A DNA stretch of 63,485 nt, filler included, from Ministeria vibrans ATCC 50519 (GCA_943704425.1; 11 parts of 11 records of this genome joined end to end with filler, not necessarily neighbours in it); one strand, 5' to 3'. Positions 1 through 12,353 are shown, numbered from the whole stretch's first letter. Numbers and translations are program-made. The notes: generated by a model not told the origin, from the sequence alone.

Positions 1-205
1 TTAGTCTCAGTGAATGGTGCGTTCCTCGAATTAAATACGGCCCAAAATATTTTGCCGAAGGCTTTAAGGCTTCAAATCTTCCCAAGTGGGGGACATGTCC
101 CTAAACATACATCACCGTATTTGCTCTCTTTTCTAAAGTACCGTGTTTTTTTGCCTTTTTTTTGCATTTTATTCACCCATACTCACATAAAACTTCTCCT
201 CTATC

Positions 206-776
206 TTATTCTCTTGCGAACACTTTCTTCTCAATACTTTTCCAATCGGGATTTTCCTCCTCCCCTCCTAACACCAGCGCTTGGATAAGTTTTACCTGTC
301 CCATTTGGGTCGCGGTGCAAGTAGGGCCTCCCTGCAGTTTGTATCCTTTGCCAATGAGATCATTTACGGCGTGCGTGAATTGTTCGCGTCGTGTGTTCCA
401 ATCCTCCTGGATCACAAGAACATATTTGGACGCTTCTTTTGTTCGATCCACAGTGACATGTTGAGAAGGTGGAGCAGGAGCGCCGAGAGTCGCCAAGAGT
501 AAGCCTGGTTTGGCGCTTTTGGAGCATGTTACGACCTGCACACAATGACAATTGAGCCAACGGCCAGGGGGAAAAACAAAGAAAGCGCATTATGAAACTA
601 CCGACACTGCATTGAGTAAATACCAGAAAGGAGCCGTTTGCCTGACGCGTCACAGTGTGTCCATTCACAATGACTGTATTTGCATCGATTTCGCGCATCA
701 CCAGCGCACCGCCTTTGAACAACGCATCGCTTGCTGGCGTTGCATGCTTGTAGTAGTCTCCTTCGACTTTGGCCAT
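206..776 (-). CDS. Two-exon hypothetical protein with C-terminal DUF1737-like domain
   Basis: Exon 1 776-624 (MAKVEGDYY...NGSFL), GT-AG intron 623-536, exon 2 535-206. The C-terminus KYVLVI...FTHAVNDLIGKGYKLQGGP...LIQALV resembles DUF1737. Confidence 0.6.
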
Positions 777-1045
777 AGTAATGTAGTGGGAAGAAGAGTG
801 AATTATATGGAATATTCAAAGGAAACAAGGGAGGCGGATAAAATTGAAACCAACTGCGGAAAAACCGGTATGCTTTCTGAGTTCTGAATCTAGCGAGCAT
901 TGGCAAATGGAATGATTTGCATTGCAACAAAAAAACGGGCTTGAAACATCCTGTTGTTCCTGTCATCCTCAGGCAGTCCCTCGGATATTCAGGAGGATAA
1001 GAAGAGAATCGAGTCCAATTTTCAATTTTCAAACAGTTCTCTTTT

Positions 1046-2146
1046 ATGAAGTGCCACATCTCATCAACAGTCCCCGCGCCCTTGGCAGAAGCCATCGCTG
1101 CGCATGCGAGCACCCTTGGCTTCGACTTGCGTGCCACGCCGAGACAAGCCGATGTTGTGATTCTCGGGGAACAGAATAGCACTGCATCAGAGGCACGCGT
1201 GGACGGCGAGCTACTCTCAATGGGCCGCCACTTGCCTGGCTTCAAGGAGCGTGCCGCCAAGATGTTCCTTCTTCCGGCCCGAGACCTTGCGACGTTTGTC
1301 GCTGTCGTTTGCTCGACCGCCCCGCATTCGGCGATTCGCGCGCAGAGCCTGTATGGCAACGGAGTGAACATGTATACGTCGGACCAAGGAGCTCTCATCG
1401 AGGCGCTGCGCCTCATTTCGCAGCAAGAACGCGCTGCAGCGGACGGCTTTCCCTGTCCGTTTTGCGACATTCACTTTGCCAATGTGCAACATCTCGTTGC
1501 GCACGCCGAACTGTACCACGTACAGGCGCCCAATTGCTTGGAGGGCATCTGTCCTGTCTGTCCACGGCCAACACGCGTCCACCATCTCGTGCCGCATCTG
1601 CGCGAAGGGCACAATCCTCGTCATGATGACTCCGCCCAACTTGGTCTGCCCCACGTCAACATTCGGGGTGTCGCCCTCATCGTGTGCCGCCACCCCGACG
1701 GCCGCTTTCTCATGACTCACGAGTTTGGCAGTGTTGGATTCTGGTTGCCGGGCGGCCGTGTCGACCGGGGCGAGTCATTTTGCGATGCGGCTGTGCGAGA
1801 AGCGCGCGAAGAGACGGGCGTCGACGTGCGCCTCACGGGAGTTCTCTGCGTGAGCGACCTTAGTCTGAGTCCGTTCGCGCTCAAGGAAGGACACCATGAC
1901 GACGGCGACGACCCCATGACGGGCCAAGTGGCCGCATCCGGGGCAGGGCGTGTGACGTTCCTTGCCGAGCCTGTCTACCCCGAGCGTCCTCCAAAGTCCC
2001 TTCCCGACTTTGAGTCGTCGGGTGCGTCGTGGGTTCGTCATGACGAGCTCACTCGCTTGCGCTGTCGCAGTCGCAGTGATCTTAGATGGTTCCAGTATGT
2101 CCACGACGGTGGTCGGGCTCTGCCACTCGACATATTGCGTCTCTAA
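1046..2146 (+). CDS. Nudix hydrolase with N-terminal tandem zinc fingers (Di19/C2H2-like); intronless
   Basis: Nudix box GGRVDRGESFCDAAVREAREETG; zinc fingers CPFC-x12-H-x4-H and CPVC...HLREGH. Confidence 0.85.
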   Translation: MKCHISSTVPAPLAEAIAAHASTLGFDLRATPRQADVVILGEQNSTASEARVDGELLSMGRHLPGFKERAAKMFLLPARDLATFVAVVCSTAPHSAIRAQSLYGNGVNMYTSDQGALIEALRLISQQERAAADGFPCPFCDIHFANVQHLVAHAELYHVQAPNCLEGICPVCPRPTRVHHLVPHLREGHNPRHDDSAQLGLPHVNIRGVALIVCRHPDGRFLMTHEFGSVGFWLPGGRVDRGESFCDAAVREAREETGVDVRLTGVLCVSDLSLSPFALKEGHHDDGDDPMTGQVAASGAGRVTFLAEPVYPERPPKSLPDFESSGASWVRHDELTRLRCRSRSDLRWFQYVHDGGRALPLDILRL

Positions 2147-2273
2147 CAGGACATTTTTTTCTTTTTTCGTTTCACACAGTTTCTTCTCGAAGTGTACAAA
2201 CATTTTAATTTTGTTCATTGATAATAATAAGAATCATTAAGAATTAATAAGCCCTCTCTCTCCTCTCTCTCTC

Positions 2274-5200
2274 TTACATTTGGGCAAGTTGCTTCAACAC
2301 CTTCCGGATACTCTTTGGCTCTTCAGTCGCTAACGCATCCAAAAGAGCCTGATTCAAAACACAAACATAAGGGTTAGCGAAGGTTACGGTTTAGCTCTCT
2401 CTCTATCACTTTGTTTCTCTCTCTCTCTATCACTTTGTTTCTCTCTATCACTCTGTTTCTCTCTATCACTTTGTTTTTTTTCTCTCTCTATCACTTTGTT
2501 TCTCTTTCTCTCTATCACTTTGTTTCTCTCTCTCTCTATCACTTTGTTTCTCTCTCTCTATCACTTTGTTTCTTTCTCCCTCCTTTCTCTCTCTCTCTCT
2601 ATCACTTTGTTTCTTTCTCCCTCCTTTCCTCTCTCTCTTATCTCTTACGCGTGAGACATCTTGAGGCCAATTCTGAGTGATCCACTCGACAAACTCATTG
2701 CCACAGCGGGTCGCAATGGCCCGGAAGAGTTGGGCCATCTCCATGAGAGCCTGTGACACCTCAGCGTCCTTTGTGTTGAGACGCAACAGTGCACTCTCAA
2801 GTGTATCACTAATACTACTACTGCTAACATTACTACTACTGCCGGTGGTGGTTGGGACGACAATGACAGACGTCGCACGGGCCACAGTGTTTGTCGCGTT
2901 CGCATTGGCGGTGGTGCGTGTGCTCGTCTGCGGTGCCACTCCGCGTGTCAGTGTCTCAATGCACACCGGAATCACTCGACTGTACACAATCGGATTGAAC
3001 GAATACGTTTCCTATAAGTGAGAAGAACATGGAAGAAACAATGCGACAGAGAGCGGACAAAAAAGAAAAGAAAAACAGAGAATAAAGAAACAAAGCGAAG
3101 AGAGAAAAAGGGGGAAAAAAGAAACAAAGTGATAGACAACGTGATAGTCAGTGAGTCGGACATTCGAAAATCTGACTCAGGATTCTTACTGTGTCGGGAC
3201 CCGCCCAGAGATCAACAAGTTTACGAAGCACAGCCAGACACACTTTCATTGAGGTGAGCGGTTGAGCAATGTCCTGAACTCCCGTCAGAATCGACTCCAG
3301 AATCTAATACATGCGGTTGAGTGGTAGTTTAAAGAAAATCCAATGTGTTTGTTACCTGATCAAAGTAAGGCATGTTCTGGTCACTGACAAAAACGTGGAC
3401 CAAGTTGGCAGTGGCGAGAGTGGAAAGGAAGAGGAAGTAGACGCGACGCAGCTCAGCGTGCTCGCGCGGTCCCTCTTCGCCCTTGCCCGCCCAGTACTCA
3501 CTGTCGTTCAGGACTTCTGTGAACGTAAGAGAGTGTCCAAGTGAGTCAAAAAGTGTGAGGGAGTGAGTCGAAAAAATGTGCGAGTCCGAAGTGAAGGTCC
3601 AAAGTGGAAGAAAGTGAGTGAGCCAGAGAGTGTGTGCGAATGGGTCAAAGTCAACAACTCAACATTGCGCCACTGCAACATAGAATCTTCAGTTCTTACC
3701 AAAAATGGTATTGACAACGTCAATAAAAATGTTATTGACAAACTCGGCAATCTTATCCTGGAACTTCATGACAAACTGATTGACAAGGGGAATGACATGC
3801 GAGAGTTCACGCGCATCACGAGTGTGCATCAGACTTGGCAGAGCCAAAGGAACCACTACAAAACCATTTGGAGATGATAAAATATAAGCATTGAATAAGA
3901 CTCAATTCACTAACTATAGCAGTGACGAAACTCAAACACAATATTATTGCCACTTGATGAGACTCAATAAAACTCATAGTCATTCAAAAACCAACACTCA
4001 AACATCACCCATGACACACTCCAAATAAAATATTTGTTCTTACAGGGCAGCACATCGTCGTCCATGCAGGCAAGCATGCGGTGCAGCAACTGACGCAGTT
4101 GCAACTGCAGTGCCTCACGATTGTACGGGACCACAAAAATGCCCAAAAACACCTGGGCTGTCTGCAGAATAAGCGGCGCAACGCCACCCTGTCGCACCTG
4201 CGACTCTCGTACGTATCCCTATACACACATATATTTCATTATATTTAATTGGTACACACTGCATATGGGATTTGTTTTTATTCTTGCCTTGAGAACACAG
4301 ACCACGACAGAGATGAGTCGTTCAAGGTGCTGTGCGTGCAGAGGGCACTCCCACGTGTCCTGCTCGTACAGTTTGTTGGTGATAATGTGTTCCACTTGGT
4401 GTGTGATGGGCTGCATCAGAAGTGACAGGATGCGCTGTTGGTCTTCGGCCGGGATAGAGTCGCACGCAAGGATCACTCCGCAACCCTCAAAGAGATGAAG
4501 ACGGTCTTCGAAACGCAGCTGATGGCCCAACTGCTGTGTCGAGTCCATGTCGAGCTGGAGCATTGGTGCAAGGCGCTCAAGGATAGCATCGAGAAGAGGC
4601 GCCAGACGCGAACGCAGTGGCTTGACAAATCGAAGGAAGAGGTAGGCGACGCGCGAGCACACTTGTGGGTGGTCATGTCCCGCACCCCGCGCGTCCGTGA
4701 ACGCCGCCACTTGTTCGAGCAGCACTTCCTCGGGAACGAGCTCGTACAGACGCGCATAGCGTGCGGCCAATTCAAACACCTGCACAGCAACAATACGGTG
4801 CGGATGGGCACACAAGTTGCCCTGCACAATGCTACAAATAAGTCGAGTGACACGAAAGCAGGCCTCGGGCAATGCATCGTCCGCGAGCATTGTCGCGCTC
4901 AACGGTCGTCCACTGGCACTCGCTGGTGCCGCCAAAAACACTCCACTGCTACCCCCACTGGCAGATCGTGATGGCAACGGCACACCCACATTGGTAAACA
5001 CATCGGGCGAGCGCGTCGCAATCTCCACTGGATCCACAAACACCTGTGGCACACACTCTCCCAACTGCATAAAAAACCACAGTGCCACTTCAACTTGGTC
5101 GTAACTCGCTTGTGCCGCACAGGCAATCACTTCCTCGACAATTGACAAGCACACATTGACAATCGTGTCCGGTATCAAATGGGAAACCTGAAATTCATAA

Positions 5201-6841
5201 AGTCGACAGAGAATGAGAGGCGTAAGAAAAAAAAATTGAGCGATGGAAACACAAACTGTTTGGTACCTTGACGAGTAATGCTTTGAGTTCGATGCGTGAA
5301 TTGAGAAAGTCCGCCTCGTACTCGTCCTCCTTGTCAAAATCATAGTCGTCGGGATAGCGCGACTTGTCGACAATGGCATTGACAAGGGTGTGGAGCGACG
5401 AGACAATGGACGCCTCGTCGCCCACGAGCGCCGCCGTCTCGGGCAGTCCAAAGCGTTTGAGGAGACGCAGGTACTCGCTGAACACGTCAACGACAGTGTC
5501 GCCCAGAGCACTGTCACGATGGGTAAACACCGCAAAGCACAGGGGAAGGTGCGCAAGGAGCATGCGGACAGCTCGCGCGCACATGACCTCGTCCGAAGAC
5601 TTGTCCCACGCCACAGTCAGCTGCGCAGCCAGCGTGTCCACCACACTCGCAATGGCCATCAGCACCTCTTCGTACCCCTCATCATCACCACCACCACCAC
5701 CACCGCCGCCGCCAATACCGCTACTGTTGATGTTGGTGACACCTGCGGTGACACTGCTGCTGTGACCCGACGTGTTCACGTCGCTGTCCGAGTCGCCTGC
5801 CTCTGCCGAGATCGACACGGAGCGACTGCCCTTCTCGACGGCCATCGAGACGCGCTCCGCCACGTTCGACAGCGTCGGTGCCAAGTTGAGACGCTCAATG
5901 AGGTCCATTTTCGACGTGGGGTCCATGCCCTTCTGGACCATCATGTCAAGACACTTGAAGGCAGCGACTGCCAGCACCCCAGGTACCACATTCGCCGTCG
6001 CGCTGGGGTCGCCGCGTTTTGCTGCCTCTGCAGCAGCGACGCTTGTGTCGGACGGCGACGCGGGCGCACATTGACTGATAAGTTCAAAGAGAAGCGAGAG
6101 GTAGCTGTCGTTGACAATGAGGTGCACGGGGATCCACGAGACGTAGCGAGCGGCACACTGGAGTGCGAGTGCCGCCGTTGCGGGTGCAGTGTGACGGTAG
6201 CCATTGGCAATGTTGATCCACGCCTGTGCGAGAATTTCAACACCTGTCTCGCGCATGGCGTCCTTGAGCAGCGAGTTGCGCTGGAGCACCTCCTGCGAAT
6301 GGACAATGTCGCGGTCGACGATTTCATCATCGATGGCGAGACACACGCGAAGGAACATGTCGACGCCAGCATCGCCACGGCCCAGGACGTCGCCCAGGTC
6401 CGCAAAGAAGCTTGGCCAGCCGTTCTGGGCGGCCAGGTAGGCGTGTGCGAAGACGACAACGGCAACGCGGGCGGCGCGATTGCGCAGGAAGGCTTGAGGC
6501 ATTGACTCGCAGGAGACGGTGATGAACTGGATGAGACACAGACGCAGGCGGTCGCGGTCGGACGGCGCCAGTGCATCCCAATGGTGCTTGATGCACTTCT
6601 CAAGCACTTGGAGCGCCACAAAATGGACCGACTCGGCGTCTTGAGGCGAGGAAAGCGTCGTCGAAAGCCGGCGTGTCGCCTCATGCTCGTTGACCGCCTC
6701 AAGGTACTCGACGCACAACGACCAGCCCGTGGGATCCTCACGGATCGCATGGAGAAATCCATGCGCCTCAGTCCGCTGCGCGTCCGAGCTCACAGGCGAC
6801 AACAGCTGGACAATCGCTGCGCGAAAGCTATTCGTATTCAT
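2274..6841 (-). CDS. XPOT: Exportin-T (tRNA exportin, Los1 family), multi-exon
   Basis: N-terminus MNTNSF...DPTGWSLC, LKDAMRE, RVAYLFLRFVKPLR, LRQLLHRMLACMDDDVLP, VIPLVNQFVMKF, LRRVYFLFL, LRKLVDLWAG follow the XPOT motif order. Last exon ends ...KQLAQM* at 2274. Confidence 0.92.
2396..2640. repeat. Compound (CT)n / TATCACTTTGTTTC repeat array (9 cores) in the last XPOT intron; member of a dispersed family
   Basis: Nine TATCACT(T/C)TGTTT cores separated by variable CT runs. The same core occurs at about 3121, 10748, 18370, 21173, 32284, 38557, 43024, 46418 and 49017. Confidence 0.95.
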
Positions 6842-6923
6842 TGAAAAAGTATGTGATTATTTGAATGACTGAATCTCAAAAAAAAAAAAAAGAAGTAAAG
6901 AACATTCATTTCGTGTTACTACT

Positions 6924-9900
6924 ATGGCGGTTGTCTTTAGGTACAATCTTCAACCTACCACACCACCCCCCCACCTTCTCTTTTTCTTCGTCTTCTTACA
7001 TAATTTACTAATGTGATCTTCTTTCACCTTAGGGTTGCGGCTCAGGCAAACACTCTGGTGGAAACCGAGTCTGGTACGCTCCCCACGGCCCCTTCTCGTA
7101 CCCCCACCTCTTCCTCTCCTCCTATGCTATCTGCACGCGCGCGTGTGGGCTCGCTCTTTCTCTCTCAGGGGTGTTTGAGAGTTTTGCTTACGTGTTTTTG
7201 GTTTTTTTTTCTTTTCCTTTCTTATTTTTGAATTTCTCGTCGCCACAGGGGAACTCAAGTGGAACTCGGCCTTTGAGGGGGTTGCCCCGGTGATCATTGC
7301 ACGGGAGAGGAGCGCGGTGGGCACAGTGTACCGCCTGAGCAGCCGTGCGGAGAAGAAGACGATTATTGACATTGTGGTGTCGCCCGCGATGGCTCTAGAA
7401 CGCATCTCAGAGTGCTTTGTCGCCTGGCGCGACCAGATCGGTGAGGCGCATGACGTTACCACAGCCCCTCTCCCGCCCCCCCGTGGGTGCTTGTGCGCCG
7501 AAAGGCTGTCTTTTGTGTTTTGTGTGTGTTTTGTCTCATGTCTGTCTGTGTGTCTTCTCTGTGTCTCTTGTAGGTGGTGCGTGGGGACTGAACTTTGTCT
7601 CGTCGCTGCACGCCGACAAAATGATCGAAATCGTCGAGTCGGTCCTTGATCCCGCGCAAACGGTGACTCCGTTTCTCCCCGCTACCATTGGCGGACTCCA
7701 AACACACAGGTGGGCATGTGCGAATGATTGGTGCAAAAACACTCATTCTCTTTTGTTGGTTAGTGAGGTTGACGAAGCAGTGCCGCAAACTGAAGAAGAG
7801 CATTCATCGCATGCGCTCGCTCGCGGCACCTCCAACGACTCTATCGAAGAGTTTAAGCTGCCCAAGGATCTTGTTCTCAAGCGCGGAGCCGTTGAGCTCA
7901 AGGTAAAAAACAGACGACAGAGCAATAAGTAATAATATTCTTTTCTTCACTTTTTTAGATTGCCACGGTGACGGGAAAGGGCACGAAGCTGTCGTTGAAG
8001 GCGAGCAGCAAGCAGAAGGACTTTAAAAAGTACTGGGCAGTTCTGGAGGGCGCACAGCTGTGTGTCTACGATCGAGCAGACAAGATGCTCGCGAGCATGG
8101 ACTCGTGTCTGCCACTACTCTCGGTCCCCGTTGACTCGTGTCTCGCTGCCCTGGACCGTAGTGCTGGCAGCAGTGGAAGCAGCAGCGCTCGTTTGGCATC
8201 GCTTTGTCAGTTTACTGTGTGTCCCGGTGACGGATCCATAGTGACTGTGCGAGCGGAGACGCAACGTGAATGTGAAGTACGAAAAGAGATGTGAACGTAC
8301 ACACCCAAACACGTTCTTTTTTAATTCATTTTATTTTATAGGACTGGGTGATTTCATTGCACAAGTGTGCGGGATTTTGTGCGGCGCAGACACCGCGTGA
8401 GGGAGACGTCAATGTGCGTCTGCAGGAGCGTGCAGTGTCGGTTGAGAAGATGCTCGAGAGTGAACGGGCAACGCTGAAACTGCATGGAGACCGTCAGCGC
8501 GCAACGATTATGGCAGAGAAGGGAGAGAAGGCGCTGGGTGGGGTGGCGGGACGTGTGCTTGAGAGCGAAGGAGCCATTGAGCAGGCGAGCATGCTGCTCT
8601 TTCGTCTCAGCTGCTACCGTGCTGCCTTCTCCAATGCCACCCAAGCGGACGCGCGCGAGTTGCACGAGTCGCTGAGCGCCGCCACTCGTCATGCCCTTGA
8701 GAAGCTCTCGTCCGAGCTGACGACGACTTTGATCTATGCAGCACTCACGAGTCCCGCCTGGGGCTTGCGGTTTCACACGACGGGTCGCTCGAGTGCCGTT
8801 GGAAACGAGCTGGAGGCGGCGCGTCAGGCAGCTGCTGCACTCGAGTCGACACTGGCCAGTGTCGAGGATAGTGAGCCAGCGTGTATCAAGTCGCGTCACT
8901 CGAGCAGCAACGAGCTCATCTCCAAGTCGTCAGCAGGTGGTGGTGGTGGTGATGGTGGTGGTAGTGGTGGTGGCAGTGGTGGTGGTGGCAGTGGCAGTGG
9001 CGGTGGTGGGATTCGAGACGGAGCAACCAACATCACGTCGGACGATGAAGCCGACGACACCGTGTCCCAAAAGCAGCGCTTGACCGCGAGCAAGTCAACG
9101 GGACCCTTTGCCAAGTTTAAGGACAAGTTTGGCTCGATGCGCGACCGTGATCGTGTCGCTATGGCACGGGCGCAACGCGAAGAGGAGGCGGTGCTGGCGG
9201 CGTTGCATGCCGCAAGTGAGGATGGAACACGCGTGCGGATGCGACTGCCCACGGGAGTTGATCATGTGGCACTGGTGGAGTCGCCCGAGAGCACTATCAT
9301 TGATGTGCTCGAGAGTGCTGCTCGGCGACTTGTCTGTCCCGTCACGGCACTTTTTGCGACCACGTCGGAGACGGGCGATGTGGCGGTGAGCGACACGCTT
9401 ACGGTGGGTACGTTGCCAGAGACGGGTGTGACGGTGCGACACAAGTTTGTGCGCACTGCCATGCTTGAGAAGGACTCCAAGGGCTCCTTTGGCTTCTTTA
9501 TTCGTCTTGGCCATGTTGCCAACTCGCCGACCAAGACAATTCTGGTGTCGCGGGTGCAAACCGAGAGTGTCAATGCGACGCTCATGTTTGGCGGCGACGA
9601 GGTGATCGAAGTGAACGGCGTGAACACGCACGGCATGAACTTTAGTGCGGTGGCGGATATTCTCAAGGACGCTCGCAAGGTGCTCATGGTGCGTCTGCGT
9701 TCGCGTGTATGGATGGAAGCCAATGCATCGGTGCGCGCGCGTCAGACCAAGCTGTTCCAGTCGTACACGTCGCTCTACAAGCTCGGCGAAATGCGCGTGC
9801 CCACCGATCTGGCGGGTAACATCAACGACGCAGCGACCGCCGCGCTCGCCACGGCTGCCATGTCTGACAGCACGCTGTACAACACGGGTGCGGCCGCGTC

Positions 9901-11587
9901 CCGTGGTCGTCCCGGCGACCAACTCATCAGCGCCAGCAATCGCTCGCTCTCCTACTCGGCACCAAACATTCACCAACTGGGCGCGGACAACAACTTGACA
10001 GAGCATCAGCGTCGTCTGACCTCCGGCCAAGTGGTTGACAACAACTTCAATTTTTCCAACGATATCAGCAACAACAGCAACAACAACAACAACCGTGCGT
10101 CCATTGCGTCGTCCACGTCGTCTACGGGCGGTGTGGCGACGAGTGCGACTGACTTGTCGGGTCCATCGCGGAGCAACAGCAAGCTCAATCTGTCTGGGAC
10201 GATGCCACCGTCGGGGGTGTCCGGGGCGGATTTGCTCGGTGGTTGTCCTCCACCGCCGCTGCGTGTCGAGCTGTACAGCGACGAGTTTATGCAGCAGATT
10301 ACGGTGCCGGTACCTAAGGGGCCGATTGGTGAGTCGCGTGGTGTGGGACGGGCGAGTCAGAGTGCCAACAAGCGACAGCGGTTTGAGGATGCTGAGTCGC
10401 TCATGACGAGTTTGGCGCACGCCGTCGAAGAGGTGACGCTACTGTTCCATGTGGCCAAGGCGACGGCGAAGCGCGGTGCCTTTGGCCTGACCAAGGTGCA
10501 GCTATCGAAGAACACGCTCAACGAGGTGCTTACGAGCGAGAAGAGCTACGTTAAGGCACTCAACAGTCTGGTGGACACGTACCTGATGCCGCTGCAGCGC
10601 GAGACGTGGATCGACAAGCAAGATTTGGATGTGCTTGTTGGCAACATGATGCACATTCAGGTGAGAGGAGTCTAGGGCGGAAAAGAGACAGACAAACAAA
10701 CAAGCAGAGAGAGATAAAGAGGGAGAGAGAGAGGAAGAGGGAGAAAGAAACAAAGTGATAGAGAGAGAGGAGGGAGAAAGAAACAAAGTGATAGAGAGAG
10801 AGGAGGGAGAAAGAAACAAATTGGTAGAGAGAAAGAAGAGAAAGAGAGAAAAGGGAGAAAAGCCAAATGACTCATGAAAATGAGTATTAATTTAAATTCT
10901 ATTTTTATTTTCTTTATAGGCGTTTCAAAATGAGTTTCTGGCGGATCTTGATCGATGTGCGCGGAAGGAGATGAGTGAAGCAGGAGAGGACGGAGACGGA
11001 GGAGCGAGTAGTGGGAGTGGTGGTGGTGGAGGAGGAGGGCGAGGGAGTGACAGTGGGAGTCGACGGGGCGATGATGATGACTCGGATGCGCCGCAGACGG
11101 TTGCTCAGTGCTTTATACGCCATCGTCGTGGCTTTGAGCTTTATGCGGATTTTATTGCGAATCACCCCGACATTCTTCACGTAAGGACAACCATTGAGAG
11201 AGCGATGAATGAAATGTGTGTGTGTGTGTGTAGGTTTTGACTGAGATTATGCCTCACCCACGAATGCGCGAGTTTGTTTGCTCCCTGAATCCCAAGAAAC
11301 AACCCACAATGGGACTGGAGTCCTTTTTGAATCTGTCGGTGCACCGAATGATGCAGTATCCCTTCTTTATCAAGGTACACAAGAGAGAGAGAGAAAAAAA
11401 AAAAAAAAAAAAACGGCTTGTTTGAATGTGAGGTTGTGCTGTGGGTATTGATTGTGTGGTTGGTATGTAGGAACTGTTGAACTACAGTGACAAGAACAGT
11501 GAGAAGTACCGTGAACGCGACGAAGCACTGACTGCAATGATGGTTGTGAGTGATCTAATCACTGAGAAACAGAGAGTGAAAGGTAAG

Positions 11588-11626
<39 letters not shown>

Positions 11627-12353
11627 GGCAATGAGTTAATTGTGAATGTATGGCTTTGTAGGGATTATTGAGGAAGGATATGACATGCTTGATGTGATTG
11701 AGGGATGGGAAGGCCCGTCTGTGCCTGAGATGGGTGGAGTGCGGTACTATGCTGAGCTGGTGCGGTTGGAAGGGAAGAAGGACCGACGTGAAGTGGCGCT
11801 TTTTGTGTTGGGACGGGGGTTGGTTGTGTGCAAGAACAAGACAAAAGGTAATAGACAATGTGTTTGTGTGAATTTTTTTTCTTTGTGTGTCTTTTTGTTC
11901 TGTATTGTATTTGTTTTTCTTTTCTCTCTGCGTCTTCTCTCTGTGTATGCGTTTTTATTCTGACGAATGGCTGTACTGGTGTTGGATGTTAGGTGGAAAG
12001 CGCAAGCTGAAGTACATGCAGACACTGCGGATGGACGGAGTGCTGATCAAGAACCGACGGGACATGGAAGGGGCTACTAATTCATTCTCAATAGTTGATG
12101 TGACGACGGACGATGTGCTCCACCGCAAAAAAAGTAGCGAAACAGTTGTGTGTATGTGCGATACCGACTCACTTTTGACTTCTTCTGTTTAGCAAAAGGA
12201 ACGAGTGGTGAGCCGTTTGTGTTTACGTGTCGGACTCACCGGGAGAAACTGGCTCTGGTGGGGATTCTGGTGGACCTAATCCGTACAACACCCAATGGCG
12301 ATGAAGGCAGTGGCAGATATCCTCTCAATTTTGACGTAGCGACCTTATTTTGA
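6924..12353 (+). CDS. sif: Still life / TIAM-family Rho GEF (EVH1-PH-CC-Ex-RBD-PDZ-DH-PH), multi-exon
   Basis: ATG at 6924. EVH1 ISECFVAWRDQIGGAWGLNF; PH KKYWAVLEGAQLCVYD..DWVISLH; CC-Ex MLLFRLSCY; RBD-like VRMRLPTG; PDZ GSFGFFI..GDEVIEVNG; DH NEVLTSEKSYVKAL..YLMPLQRET; ends ATLF*. Confidence 0.88.

Noticed and set aside
90-101. Palindrome GGGACATGTCCC resembling a p53 half-site
   Set aside because: Single half-site downstream of a gene; expected by chance.
2396-2640. Repeat arrays as CRISPR, or as tetO half-sites (TCTCTATCACT)
   Set aside because: The spacers are only CT runs with no unique sequence, there are no cas genes, and the host is eukaryotic. The tetO palindrome is incomplete, so the match is coincidental.
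9095-10420. Long antisense ORFs (e.g. 9095-10420, 5390-6505, 12372-13517, 41984-42751)
   Set aside because: Shadows of GC-rich coding exons on the opposite strand, with no motifs.
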